A DNA stretch of 64,000 nucleotides from Octopus vulgaris (taxonomy: Eukaryota). A program made the position numbers and the translations under genes. Positions 15,361-27,140 of this stretch are shown piece by piece; positions within the stretch are counted from its first letter, which is position 1, and each line of letters starts with the position of its first letter. Below the pieces are notes generated by a model. That model searched no databases and was not told where the DNA came from. It was given only the letters and a program-made list of their open reading frames with translations. Where the stretch lies: positions 103,230,001 to 103,294,000 of the forward strand of contig OX597816.1 in assembly GCA_951406725.2 (NCBI GenBank), in the 5' to 3' direction.

Positions 15361-16630
15361 ACGGTTTATATTTCAGCATCTCGGAAAGTGTAGAGGATGT
15401 CTGAATACCCATGTTGAGAACTCGGTTTTAATTTTTGCTACAGGTAGTCATGTGTTAGGTGATAGTGTAAAACCGGGCATCAGGATGTGCCTGCTTCACG
15501 AAAAGAAGGATCTGTATGCAACTGGACTATATTAGATAAATGGTAAAACAGAGTGAAACAACATGCACATACATATGCATAATACACACACACACACACA
15601 CAGCACACACACACACATACATATGTGAATGTACGTATACATATAAATATATACATATGTATAAAAATATCTATGTATGCATATATATAAATATACATAC
15701 CAACGCACACACATATACACGTATATGTTTTATCTGCTAATATATGGGGCACATGTCTTACATTATAAACGTAGATACTCACACACACACGCGCGCACTC
15801 CCCACACATATGCGCAGTCTTTTAAATGCCAAAAAATCTTTAAAACAGAAACAGTATGAACATGACTCCACCCATCATAAAATAGCACACGTTACTACCA
15901 AACACAACTGTAGACACTATCAAATGTTCCAAGAACTGCCACAGGTGTTCAGTTACAAATTTCGATAAATTCATACAACAATTCGTTGACTTTGTCCTAA
16001 TATCCTTCTTATGTGTTTTTACTTGATTCCGGTCAGTCCATCCAGTTGTTACAGTAACAACAAGGATAAAATGAATAGCAAAAGGGATGAATACAGCGTG
16101 ATTTCAAACAGCATAGAGAAGACATCGATAGCAGAGAAGAAAGTGAGCAGGTAATGATAGCAACAGCTAACACTTGAAAAGTTGCTTATGCAATCTATAG
16201 ATAAAGTCGAACCATTTTGAATACTATGTGCCTCCAGATGATATCACTAGATCTTAAGTTTCCCCATTTGGCTTTCCATTTTCTGTATTGCGTTTTTGCA
16301 TCAATTCGCTGTATCAGAGTATATACTGTAATTCTAATTGCATAGGGAAATAGCTGGAATTTTGCAACGTTCATTTTCATACGTTGCTTCTTCCTTTCCT
16401 TGGTCAAGAGAATTACTATACTAAGATGTGTACATGTTTGATGAGTCGAGAAAAGTGTGGTATGTCGGTTCGCTGATGTTTCCGTAAGGCACGTTGAGTT
16501 TAATCTCAGATACCTCCCCCCACCTCTAGACACACAAGACGGGTGTCTACGGAGTTTCCGCCTACCGAATTCGATACACAGGATGTTAATGAACCTGAGG
16601 TTTTAAGAAGTGCCATTTACTTATAGTACC

Positions 16631-16631
<1 letters not shown>

Positions 16632-16661
<30 letters not shown>

Positions 16662-17140
16662 TGTATGTATGTATGTATGTATGTATGTATGTATGTATGT
16701 ATGTATGCATGCATGTATGTATGCATGCGTATATGTATGCATGTATGTATATTTGTATGTATGTTTGCATGTATGTATGCGTGTATATATGGATGTATGT
16801 ATGAATCTACAGATGTATGCATGTATGCATGCATACGTGTAGGTATGTATACATATATGCATCTATGTGTGTATGTATGTATACATGTTTGCATATATGT
16901 ATCCGTATATGTATACATGTATGTATGCATATATGTATGCATATATGTATACATATATGTATGCATGTATACATGCATGCATGTATGTATGCCTGTATGT
17001 ATTTATGCTTGTATGTATGTATGCATGCCTGTATGTATGCATACATGTATGTATTATTGCATGTATGCATGTATGTATGTATGTATGTATACCTGTATGT
17101 ATGTATGCATGTATGTATGTATGTATGCATGTATGTATAC
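16632..17140. repeat. degenerate (TATG)n microsatellite
   Basis: Directly visible. Confidence 0.95.
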
Positions 17141-17750
17141 ACACAATTCCGTCGACTTTGCCTTTTATCCTTTCGGAGTCAATAGAATATAGTGCCAGTT
17201 GAACACCAGGGCCAATGTAAATGAACTAGCCCCGCCCACGAAATTTCTAGCCTTCTAGAATTTAACTTCTAGCCTTGTGCCAAAATTTGAAACCAATATA
17301 TGATCCACCACCACCAAGTAAGATTTTAGACGGGTGAGATTTTAGACAGGTAAGACTTTAGACAGCCAGTATATATACGGGGAGAATTCATAAAAAAAAG
17401 ACGAAAAGAGGTGGTGTAGACAACAAACATGTATTAGTGTAACGCTAAGGTTGACCTTATTGTGCTATGTTTTGCAGACCTGTGTATGTGAGTCGTTTTT
17501 GCTTCGTTATGAAGAGATACAGGGATGTATAAACATTGGAAAAGAGAAGGCTGCAAGGAATTGAAGTAACAAATATTGTCATATCAATAACGGTTAGTGG
17601 TGAAATGATTTGAAAAATATGATAAAGTCAGCCGATAGCGTATTGATATAAACAAAGCTTGATGCTAGTCTTGCTTTATTGTGAAACGCTAAGAATGGAC
17701 GAAAATGGAGGGGACAAAGCGCTGTGAAGATGAATATCTGCTCTCAATTA

Positions 17751-17983
17751 TATTTCTTTACTACCCACAAGGGGCTAAACATAGAGGGGGACAAACAAAG
17801 ACAGACAAAGGGATTAAGTCGATTACATCGACCCCAGTGCGAAACTGGTACTTAATTTATCGACCCCGAAAGGATGAAAGGCAAAGTCGACCTCGGCGGA
17901 ATTTGAACTCAGAATGTAACGACAGACGAAATACGGCTACGCATTTCGCCCGGCGTGCTAACGTTTCTGCCAGCTCGCCGCCG
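17751..17983 (-). mobile_element. young full-length family A SINE with 15-bp target-site duplication
   Basis: Complete head to AAAGAAATA tail; flanked by ATCTGCTCTCAATTA at 17736-17750 and 17984-17998. Confidence 0.95.
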
Positions 17984-20040
17984 ATCTGCTCTCAATTAGC
18001 AATCTAATAGGAGGTAGTTTCTCTACAGCATTGCTTGCTTCAGTTTTCATTCATTGCCAAGGCAAGTATATGGAAGTATAATTAAGCCTTAACTCTACAC
18101 TGTATCGGACTAATTGTTAAAAGCTTTAAATTCGCATTATCAATTTAAGGAAGTATATTTACCCACTCAGAGACATCCCACCACCACATACAGCGTCCCT
18201 TGCTTTATCCTAGATGACATACAGTCTCGAAGCTGTGTATGTTTCAGGTCCAATCTCCATTAACTAGTATGACTATTTGGAAACAAAAATCTTTTAGAAA
18301 GATCCCAACAGCTTAAACATCAACTCAGAGCTATTAAATTCTAATAGATGCGCACCAATTTAACTTTTGCCCCACTATAAATACGTTAACATATAATATT
18401 CTTTTTTGCATTCAGCCGTGAGATGCCTGCAACTATTTTGGTTAGTCTCTTCAAACTCTTTTCTGAAGATTCTGACGATTTCCGGATATTTCCTACATCT
18501 ATCCACCTTTCGGTATCTTGTATTGATGTGAGCTGTATTTTTTTGTTGAACTTATGCTCTTTTAACACAAATTCTAACCGTTTTTGCTTAATTTCATCAC
18601 TTCTATCATCTACATTGTCTTTCACCATTCACCAAGTATCGCCATTTATCACAGTTTTCTTTAATTCATCGATCATCCAGCTCAGTTCGTTGAATTAATG
18701 TAACTTATGTCATTCTTACATTTCTTTATAATAATAACCTTACTTGGTTCATATTTCTCTCAACAAACAGTTTACATCTGAACGGGTACTAGCCATCAGT
18801 CGCGCTTGTGTTTGTGTAAAATGGAGTGTGTGTGCGTGCGTGCGAGCATGCGTGCGTGTGTGTATGTGTGTGTATGTGTGTGTGTATATGTATGTGTGTG
18901 TTTGTATGTGTGTGTGTATATGTATGTGTGTGTTTGTATGTGTGTGTGTGTGTGTGTGCGTGTGTGTGTGTGCGAGCGAACATGCGAGACATGAAACCAT
19001 GCATGTGCAAAAGCAGGATCATACATGATTATAAATATGCACGGATAGGGTTCGCTTATGCAAGTCCACGTGAACACGTTTGCATGTGCATATCATGTGC
19101 ATACTGAACGGATACATACGTGCATTCGAGTCTTTCCTGAATTACTCTATGAGTCTGTCTGTCTGTCAATCTATTTGTCTGTCTATCTGTCTGTTTGTCT
19201 GTCAGAATGTATGTATACGTGTATTCATACGTATCTGAGTTTCTCCTAAAATTGTTCGTTGTGTGTTTGTGTGTGTGTGTGTGTGTACTTGTATGAATGC
19301 ATGTGCTTGTGCTTGTATAAGTATGTGCATGTGAAAGGCAAGCCTGTGCAGCAATCAAGCGTGCGTGCATATACAAGTGTGCATATGCATATATATTTGT
19401 ATGAGTTGATCCAGCTATGTATATATGAAACGCGCACATCTGTACACAACCGCATGTGTCTACGCGGGCACATTAATAGATGCATGGTTGAGTGAATGCA
19501 TGCACATACGAATATATACCTGAGAGAAGAATGAAAAATGAAGCCGCAAAAGTTATTGAGAGCAATTATCTTCACAGCACATTCATCTTCTCCATTCTTT
19601 CCATTCCCGCCCTTCTACCACAACTTTCATACAACGATTAAGTATTGTCCATGTTAATGCACTACGGGCTGGCTTTATCAAACTTCATCCATTAACATAT
19701 CAATTTACCACCTTTCTATATCAATATAACAGTTGCATAACTGCAGCGTCTTACGGCCTCTACTTCCCTGCATTTTCTATATTCTTATGTTCCTTCACAA
19801 TAAGACAAGGGCTAATAAAATACTATGACTACCCAGGTATGCAGAATACAAAAAAATAACAATCACTCTCAGTATCCAATCAAGATCCAGCATCTTATAA
19901 AAATAGTGAAATACCTTCCAAAAATCCTTTAAAAAATTTTGGCAATTTTATTACTTCAAAAACATTTTGTTTCCGATTTTGTTTTCATTTATTTATTTAC
20001 ATACAAGGGTTCTCTTCGTATTATTTTCCCTAGTATAGCT

Positions 20041-20105
<65 letters not shown>

Positions 20106-20384
20106 AAAAATACAAACTGGGACAAGAACGCAAAACATTTAGAAGACGAAACAAAAAACACGGACGGGACATTCGAAGCCTTCAATCTTCAGTCAAGAAC
20201 CGGATCATCCTCGCAATTTCGGCTGATTAATCTTGAGATTGCTCCGATCTAGCCAGCCCCAAAGGAAAATCTAAGCCAAGCGCATTAGATTCCTTAGAAG
20301 AAAGCCTCGAATGTATACAAAACAAGGACGGAAAAACGGACAATGTTACACGAATAAGAATACAAAAATACGTAAACACATTAA

Positions 20385-20817
20385 TCTATATATATAAAAC
20401 TATAGTTTTATTCATATCGAGCCCGTCTGGGTATTAGCGCGCGTCTACGATGAGTCTACGATTTTTAAAATAATTTAACATCATTTTTTTCCATTTTAAC
20501 GCATATTTTTTCGTGTGTCGATGGCGGCAGAGTTGGCGTCCATGGTCACACCTGCACCTGTGTTGCTTCTCCCCCTTCTTCCCCCCTCGTGAAGCTGTGG
20601 GGAAGGGAGTGTAAGGAAATCAACGTCGTAAAGCATTGTCAAGGAGACCAGCGTTCTTTTAGAACAACGACTTCATGGCTTGAAGACACCAAAATTACCA
20701 TCATTTTTTATTCCATTTTTAATGCATTTTTTTGCTATTTTTTCGCTATAACTCACTAAAAATGCTTATAAAGTTATTTCCCTTACAAATCCGAGCAACG
20801 CCGGGCGATACTGCTAG
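20385..20817 (+). mobile_element. non-autonomous Helitron
   Basis: Starts TCTATATATATAAAA, ends CTAG, lies between A and T with no TSD, and has a GC-rich subterminal hairpin CCGAGCAACGCCGGG just upstream of the end. Confidence 0.85.
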
Positions 20818-21491
20818 TATATATATATATATACATCTTTACTCCAATCTTTACTTCCACCTGAAGATCGGAAATTGCAAAACGTAGAGAATCAGTTGGT
20901 GAAGTTTTAGCTTCCAATAGAACAGATAGTCGTCACTCACTCACTCACTCACTCATACTATGTCTCTATAAATGTATCATACTTTCGCTAATAATTTTAG
21001 GTGTCTGTGTAGTTACAAGCAGATATAGACACCAGCTCAGTTCCTCACCCTTGATCCTGTGGCACATCAAGGATGTGACAGCTATAGAGAGACAGGATAA
21101 CACCAATATCCAACTGATATTCATTCACAGGTGGGTAGACTGGAGCAACATGAAATGATGTGCCTTGCGCAAGGACACAAAATTCTATCCGGTGCAGAAA
21201 CTGAATGCATCATCTTATGGTCACGAATCAAATACCCTAACAACCAGGTTGTACGGCTACATCTATTTTTTAATTTTTAACTTTTACTTGTTTCAGTTAT
21301 TGGAATATAGGTATGCTAGGGCACCATCTTGAAAGTTTAGTAGAACAAATCAATCTCAATACTTTTCCAAGTCTCCGTTTCTTTTGTCGAACCGCACTAA
21401 ACCGAAAATTCGAAGTAACTGACTACCTTGTAATACATTATTTACATTATTTACATTTGACGGATATCTATCCTCATCTTGTTTGTTGTTA

Positions 21492-21535
21492 ACACAACGT
21501 TTCAGTTGATATACCCTCCAGCCTTCATCAGGTGT
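21492..21535 (-). ncRNA. minimal type I hammerhead ribozyme-like motif, copy A
   Basis: Minus strand reads ACAC CTGATGA A GGCTGG AGGGTATA TCAACT GAAAC GTT GTGT. Confidence 0.65.
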
Positions 21536-21583
21536 CTTGGAAAAATTTCGAACCTGGGTTCTCATTCCTAAGGTATTTTTCGA

Positions 21584-21614
<31 letters not shown>

Positions 21615-21838
21615 CTTCTTCTTCTTCTTCTTCTTCTTCTTCTTCTTCTTCTTCTTCTTCTTCTTCTTCTTCTTCTTCTTCTTCTTCTTCTTCTTCTTTC
21701 TTCTTCCTCTTCGATTAGTTCGACTCCAGTACATATGTGGTACTTAATTTATCGATCCCGAAAGGATGAAAAGCAAAGTCGAACTCGGCGGAATTTGAAC
21801 TCAGAACGTAAAACAGTTCCTCCCCTTGTTTGTTGTTA

Positions 21839-21882
21839 ACACAACGTTTCGGTTGATATACCCTCCAGCTTTCATCAGGTGT
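21839..21882 (-). ncRNA. minimal hammerhead-like motif, copy B (stem II more decayed)
   Basis: Minus strand reads ACAC CTGATGA A AGCTGG AGGGTATA TCAACC GAAAC GTT GTGT. Confidence 0.55.
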
Positions 21883-21966
21883 CTTGAGGAAATTTCGAAC
21901 CTGTGTTCTCATTCATACGGTATTTTTTCTTTTTTTCTCTTTTTCTTTCTTTTTTTTCTTTTTCGA

Positions 21967-22018
<52 letters not shown>

Positions 22019-22209
22019 GTTATTATTCTTATTATTATTCAGGTCACTAATTGGATTCGAACTCGGAATCTTGGAGTTAGTAACCCGCGCTATTAACCCC
22101 AAGATTCCGAGTTTGATTCCAGGTAGTGACCTGAATAATAATAACAACAACAACAACAACATCGAAAAATACTTTAGGAATGAGAACCCAGGTTCGAAAT
22201 TTTCCCAAG

Positions 22210-22253
22210 ACACCTGATGAAGGCTGAAGGGTATATCAACTGAAACGTTGTGT
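22210..22253 (+). ncRNA. minimal hammerhead-like motif, copy C
   Basis: ACAC CTGATGA A GGCTGA AGGGTATA TCAACT GAAAC GTT GTGT: both core boxes, stem I ACAC/GTGT, stem II 5 of 6 paired, palindromic ACGT in place of stem III. Confidence 0.65.
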
Positions 22254-22346
22254 TAACAACAAGATGACAAATATCCGTCAAATGTAAATAATGTACATAA
22301 TTCTTCATCTCTTAAATATAGAAGTGTATAACCTTGTAATAGTTAG

Positions 22347-22390
<44 letters not shown>

Positions 22391-22454
22391 TTGTTGTCAA
22401 ATGCTACAATTTGGAAACGAATTGAGAGAGTACTTAGTATATCGTAAAAAATAA

Positions 22455-22668
22455 AGCGGAGAGTTGGTAGAATCGTTAGCATGCCGGGCAAAATGCTTGG
22501 CGGCATTTCGTCCATTTTTATGTTCTGAGTTCAAATTCCGCCGAGGTCCACTTTGCCTTTCATCCTTTTGCGGTCGATAAAATAAGTACCAATTGAACAC
22601 TGGGGTCGATGTCATCGACTTCCCATCGCCCTTGAAACTGCTGGCCTTGTGCCAAAATTTCGTACCGG
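22455..22668 (+). mobile_element. family A SINE, older tail type
   Basis: Head, B box GAGTTCAAATTCC, core, and tail ...CTGGCCTTGTGCCAAAATTT. Confidence 0.88.
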
Positions 22669-25023
22669 TATATCGTATGGAACATATTCTTTACTTAAAC
22701 TGAATACTTTTTCTAATGATCCGAGTTTTATGCCACAACGATCTTGAAATGTCCAAAAAACATCCAGATGAATGTTTGTTCGATATTTCGAACGTGTTTT
22801 ATTCAAGCAAGCTTGTTCTGGATGTTACTATTGTTTTTATTGGTTAGATAGTAAATATTACTTTGTCACGTTGACATCTTTTTGATTATGATTGGGCTGT
22901 TGGTTTTCTTTGAACAATTCATTGGTTGTTTTGTCTATATAGGTCAAATTTGTTGTTATGCACAGTTTCTCATGAACGTCATTTGCTAATTAGTTGAATG
23001 TAGTGGTGTCTTTTTATTGTTTATTTTTGTCGCTATCTATTTGCCAATTCGCCAGTTGATTTGTCTCCTTTGATCAATTTATTTATTATATTTGGTTTCA
23101 TTAAATTGTCGATGGCTGATTTCACAATGCACATGCCTTCCCCGCTCTCTCTTTCACTCCGTGTTTCAGTGTGTTGGAAGTTTAGCTGGCATTGTTAATT
23201 GTGTTATTACTACAGTTGTTGTTTAGCTGCAGGTCTGCTATGTTGAGTAGACCAATGATCAAAGGCATTTCCGTCGTCACTACGTCAACATCTCGATTTT
23301 TCACTGAAAGGAAACCAGGACAGCATTATTCTTTTCATAACAGTTGGGCGTAACCTTGGAGATATTTCATCACTACTTTAACAGGCGGAGTGATGACATC
23401 GGGGCTCAGTTGTTGGTTCCTGTTTTCTCTTGTTCTTTTTTGGGATATTATATCCAGTTTCTACATATTGTTATTTTTAATGGGTTTATTATCTGGCCAC
23501 TTGGTTTCTTTTTGTTTCTGGTCGAGCTGAATCGTTCTATGCAGTCATCCTTATCGTGCCTCTTCTGCTCCCTCTACTGCAATTATATCATTGTTATTGT
23601 GCTTACAATAAAAATCAGGTAATAAAGAGGAACTTATTTTATGTCTGCCACATGAATTCCCCTAATTTCTCCTTTTGAATAAGTATATCTGATATTTTCC
23701 TGCCGTACGCACGAGCATGTTCTGGTACCATTTGCATAGTATTGCCTATTATTACTTACTTTATACATACTGGCGTATAAAGGCACATACTCACATACAT
23801 ACACATACAATCGTACATACATACATAAATACATACATACACAGAAGGAAGAAGTTAAATAGTTATGTGTGTATGCGTGTGTACGTATGCGTATGCGTAT
23901 GCGCGCGCGCGTGTGTGTGCGTGCGTGCGTATTCTCTTTTAGATCCTAAATGTGCTTTGATAGTGTTGTGGGGATTTTTCTGTATACATTGCGGAACGGA
24001 CGTATGTGTTGCCTGTACCTCAGTTTGAATCTTGTTACATCGATAAGCTTTTCTCAGTTTAAAAAAATTCATTTTGCAATACAGTTTCCTTATAGGTTAC
24101 ATTTTAAAAGAAAACATTCAGTTAACAATCATCAATTTTAATATGATGCAATTGCATTTACTTTTGGCTAAGTGCTGTGGGTTTCTGGAAATCAGGTTAT
24201 TCATATCTTGAATGGCGTGATTGTGGTCGTTTTAAGCTGTAGCTGATATTTGTGCTGTTCCTATTGAATAGCTTATATTGTAACAAAACTATGTACTGTT
24301 AAGAAGTGTTTGGCGATTATTGAGTTTGGTCATTAAGCGTTTGGCGACTTTTTCCACACTTGGTGATACAATTATTATGCACTTTTATCTGGTCCTTTTT
24401 GGTTTATATTTCTATGGCTAGTTATGTATTTAACTTTATCTTTGAAATCGCTAACTTTAGAGCTAAATTGTAGACTTGGGTAGTTTACATACGTATGCAT
24501 GTATGTATGCATTCATATGCATACGCCTATATCTATATTTATCTCTCGCTTTCCTCCTCCTACTCCTCCTCCTCCTCCTCCTCCTCCCCTCTCTCTCTCG
24601 TTTCTCACGCGTGACCATCGTCCATCTTTCTTTTCCTCACGTGACCATCGTTCTTTTCCTGCACGGACGTTTTTTCTCTCTCTTCTATCTTTTCTCTTTT
24701 CAAAAAAATGTTTCACTCAGCGTTAACTATTTTCCTCTCATTCTGGTCTAACAACCCTCCATGTTTGTTTTCGTTCGGTCTCCTTGTAGGTCTCCATTGT
24801 CATGCTTTTGTTCCCAACTTTGACCTTCCATAAATCCTAAATTTTATTTTAGAATTTTTGGGAGTAATTTTCGTTGAATGCTCGAAATGAGGAGTAGATA
24901 GATAGCCGACAACAGATGAAGGGTCCATTCTTTGTGTTTGCTTGTCCTGTTGTCAATTTTTTCTCGTTGTTTACGTATTTCATGCTGTTTGAACCGTTGG
25001 TGACGTTCTGTACCCATATATGC

Positions 25024-25084
<61 letters not shown>

Positions 25085-25178
25085 TACATATAAAATAATA
25101 TAATTATTTTTATTTTTATGTTTTGGTTTATGTTTTTCACTGTTTGATTTGCCTAATAGTGGTTTTATCTCTACTTTA

Positions 25179-25235
<57 letters not shown>

Positions 25236-25242
25236 CATACAC

Positions 25243-25333
25243 ATTGATAATAAGGAGAATGGGGAATTTGAACATTCAAACGTTATGCTTATTTACAGTT
25301 TGAATGTTCAAATTCTCCATTCTCCTTATCAAT
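25243..25333. repeat. near-perfect inverted repeat (32-bp arms, 16-nt loop)
   Basis: 25250-25281 versus 25298-25329, one mismatch (a G:U pair on the + strand RNA). Confidence 0.92.
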
Positions 25334-25467
25334 AGCCAGGAAAAAACTGTAACATAGAATGGGAGGTAAAGAAAATTTACCATAAAATGCACTATCTGAA
25401 GGAACCAGCGTTGACATTTTACATAGAGAAATTCGGTGTATGACTGAATATTATATCCCTCCTATAA

Positions 25468-25552
<85 letters not shown>

Positions 25553-25599
25553 TTATTTCCATTTTAAGCATACAAACAAATAATTTTTATTTTTTAACA

Positions 25600-27140
25600 C
25601 AGTACAGTAAAAAGAAAAGTAATCTAAATTTACGAGTACAATTTGGCGGAGTTTACCGTACATCCCGGAGGCTTTATTAATGAATGCGGTTTGCAGTAAG
25701 ACATGGTAAAATATAAGCCTTGTTTAAACTTAAAAAACATATTCAATAATTATTATTTTGCAATAATAAAAAGAAAACTAAATTATTTAAAATTTACCAA
25801 TACGTACATACAGTTTGGGGGTTTACATCATGGATGTAGATGGCTGTGGATTGTCAACATCGACAGCTGGCTCTGGCTGTTCTTGTTGTTCGATGCGCTT
25901 AAAAATCCGATTAAGAGTTCCTTGAACTGTCTTCTTCTTTTTCTCAAGGATTACATTATAAGGAGCAAAAGCTTCGTGACAAGCCCCCATAATCTTGGAA
26001 AAGCATCGAGCATTTGGATCCATATCGTCGAACACAGAAAAAACTTTTTCGATGAATGCAAGCGCTTGCTGCATTTTTCTTAATGGTAAAGTGACGTGGC
26101 TCAGGTACGACTTCCTCTTCTTTCTTACTTTGTTGCTTGTGAAGCTCTATCAAATCCTCGTTCGTCAGGGCCGCTCGTCTTTTTCAAATAAATCTGTGAA
26201 ATCCTCCTCCTCCAAATCCATTTCCAGTACTTTGCCCGTAATCACCAACGTTTTGTTGATGGCAACATTATCAAACCCTTTAAAATCATTCACGAAATGC
26301 AGGCAAAGCTTCTTCCATGTACCATTCATAGCCATGCTCTGTACATCATTCCATGCCGCCGTTATGTTCTGTACAACCTTGTAGATATAGTATCTCTTTC
26401 AAAAGTCACGAAGTGTGATGGACTCATCAAAATCAGTTGCAGCTATTCCTTGCTGCAGCATAGGCTTTATATAGTATCGCTTGAAGATGACAATTATTCC
26501 ATTGGCTGCAGAAGAGACGTGGTGTTCGGAGGGAGGTATACGATGTTTTGTGGGTGGCCAGGACCATTATCTAAGATAAGTAAAGCCTTAAAAGGAATCC
26601 CCTTCACCTTATGGTACTTTTCTGCTGCTGGGATAAAATGATTGAAGAACCAATCTTCAAAAACAGCAATAGTAACCTATGCCTTTGAATTAGCCATCCA
26701 TATAACAGGGGGAGATGCCTTGGGTATGTTCTTCAGGGCACGGGTATTGTGTGCATGATACACAAGCAATGGCTTTAACTTAAAAGCTCCTGCACAGTTA
26801 CCTCCCAGCATAATGGTCACATGTTCTTTTGAGACCTTGTAGCTTGGAATAGTTTTCTCCTTGGAAATGAATGAAGGTCAGGCAATTTTTCCCAATACAA
26901 TCAGTTTCATCTACTTTAAAAATATGTTCGGGAAGAAACCCGTTTCTTCGATGATTTTCATTAATGCATTAGGAAATTCCGCTGCTGCTTGTTCGTCAGC
27001 TGATTCACTTTCACCTTGCTTCTTAATGGAGTGATAACTTCTTCGCTCCTTAAGTCTCACAAACCATCATTGACTTGCCTTGAACTCTATATCTTTCTCA
27101 TCTATTTTTTTCCTTTAGGTACTCAAGCAAAGATAACGAT
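25600..27140 (-). mobile_element. Tigger/pogo (Tc1-mariner superfamily) transposase relic
   Basis: CENP-B-type HTH remnant EFKASQ*WFVRLKER...GESESAD; DDE motifs IFKVDET, FKLKPLLVYH, LILDNGPGHP, YLPPNTTSLLQPM; several stops and frameshifts. TIRs not located. Confidence 0.9.

Larger units (their letters stand above)
21436..22330. mobile_element. composite insertion of three copies of a tRNA-head/hammerhead-tail element (21434-21585 -, 21826-22099 -, 22089-22322 +) with an internal family A SINE fragment (21711-21812)
   Basis: Three homologous ATCGAAAA...GAATGAGAAC.CAGGTTCGAAATT...CAAGACACCTGATGAA blocks; flanking direct repeat ACCTTGTAATA at 21425-21435 and 22331-22341. Confidence 0.85.

Noticed and set aside
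25823-27140. Domesticated TIGD/CENP-B-like host gene
   Set aside because: Multiple stops, frameshifts and deletions; a dead transposon.
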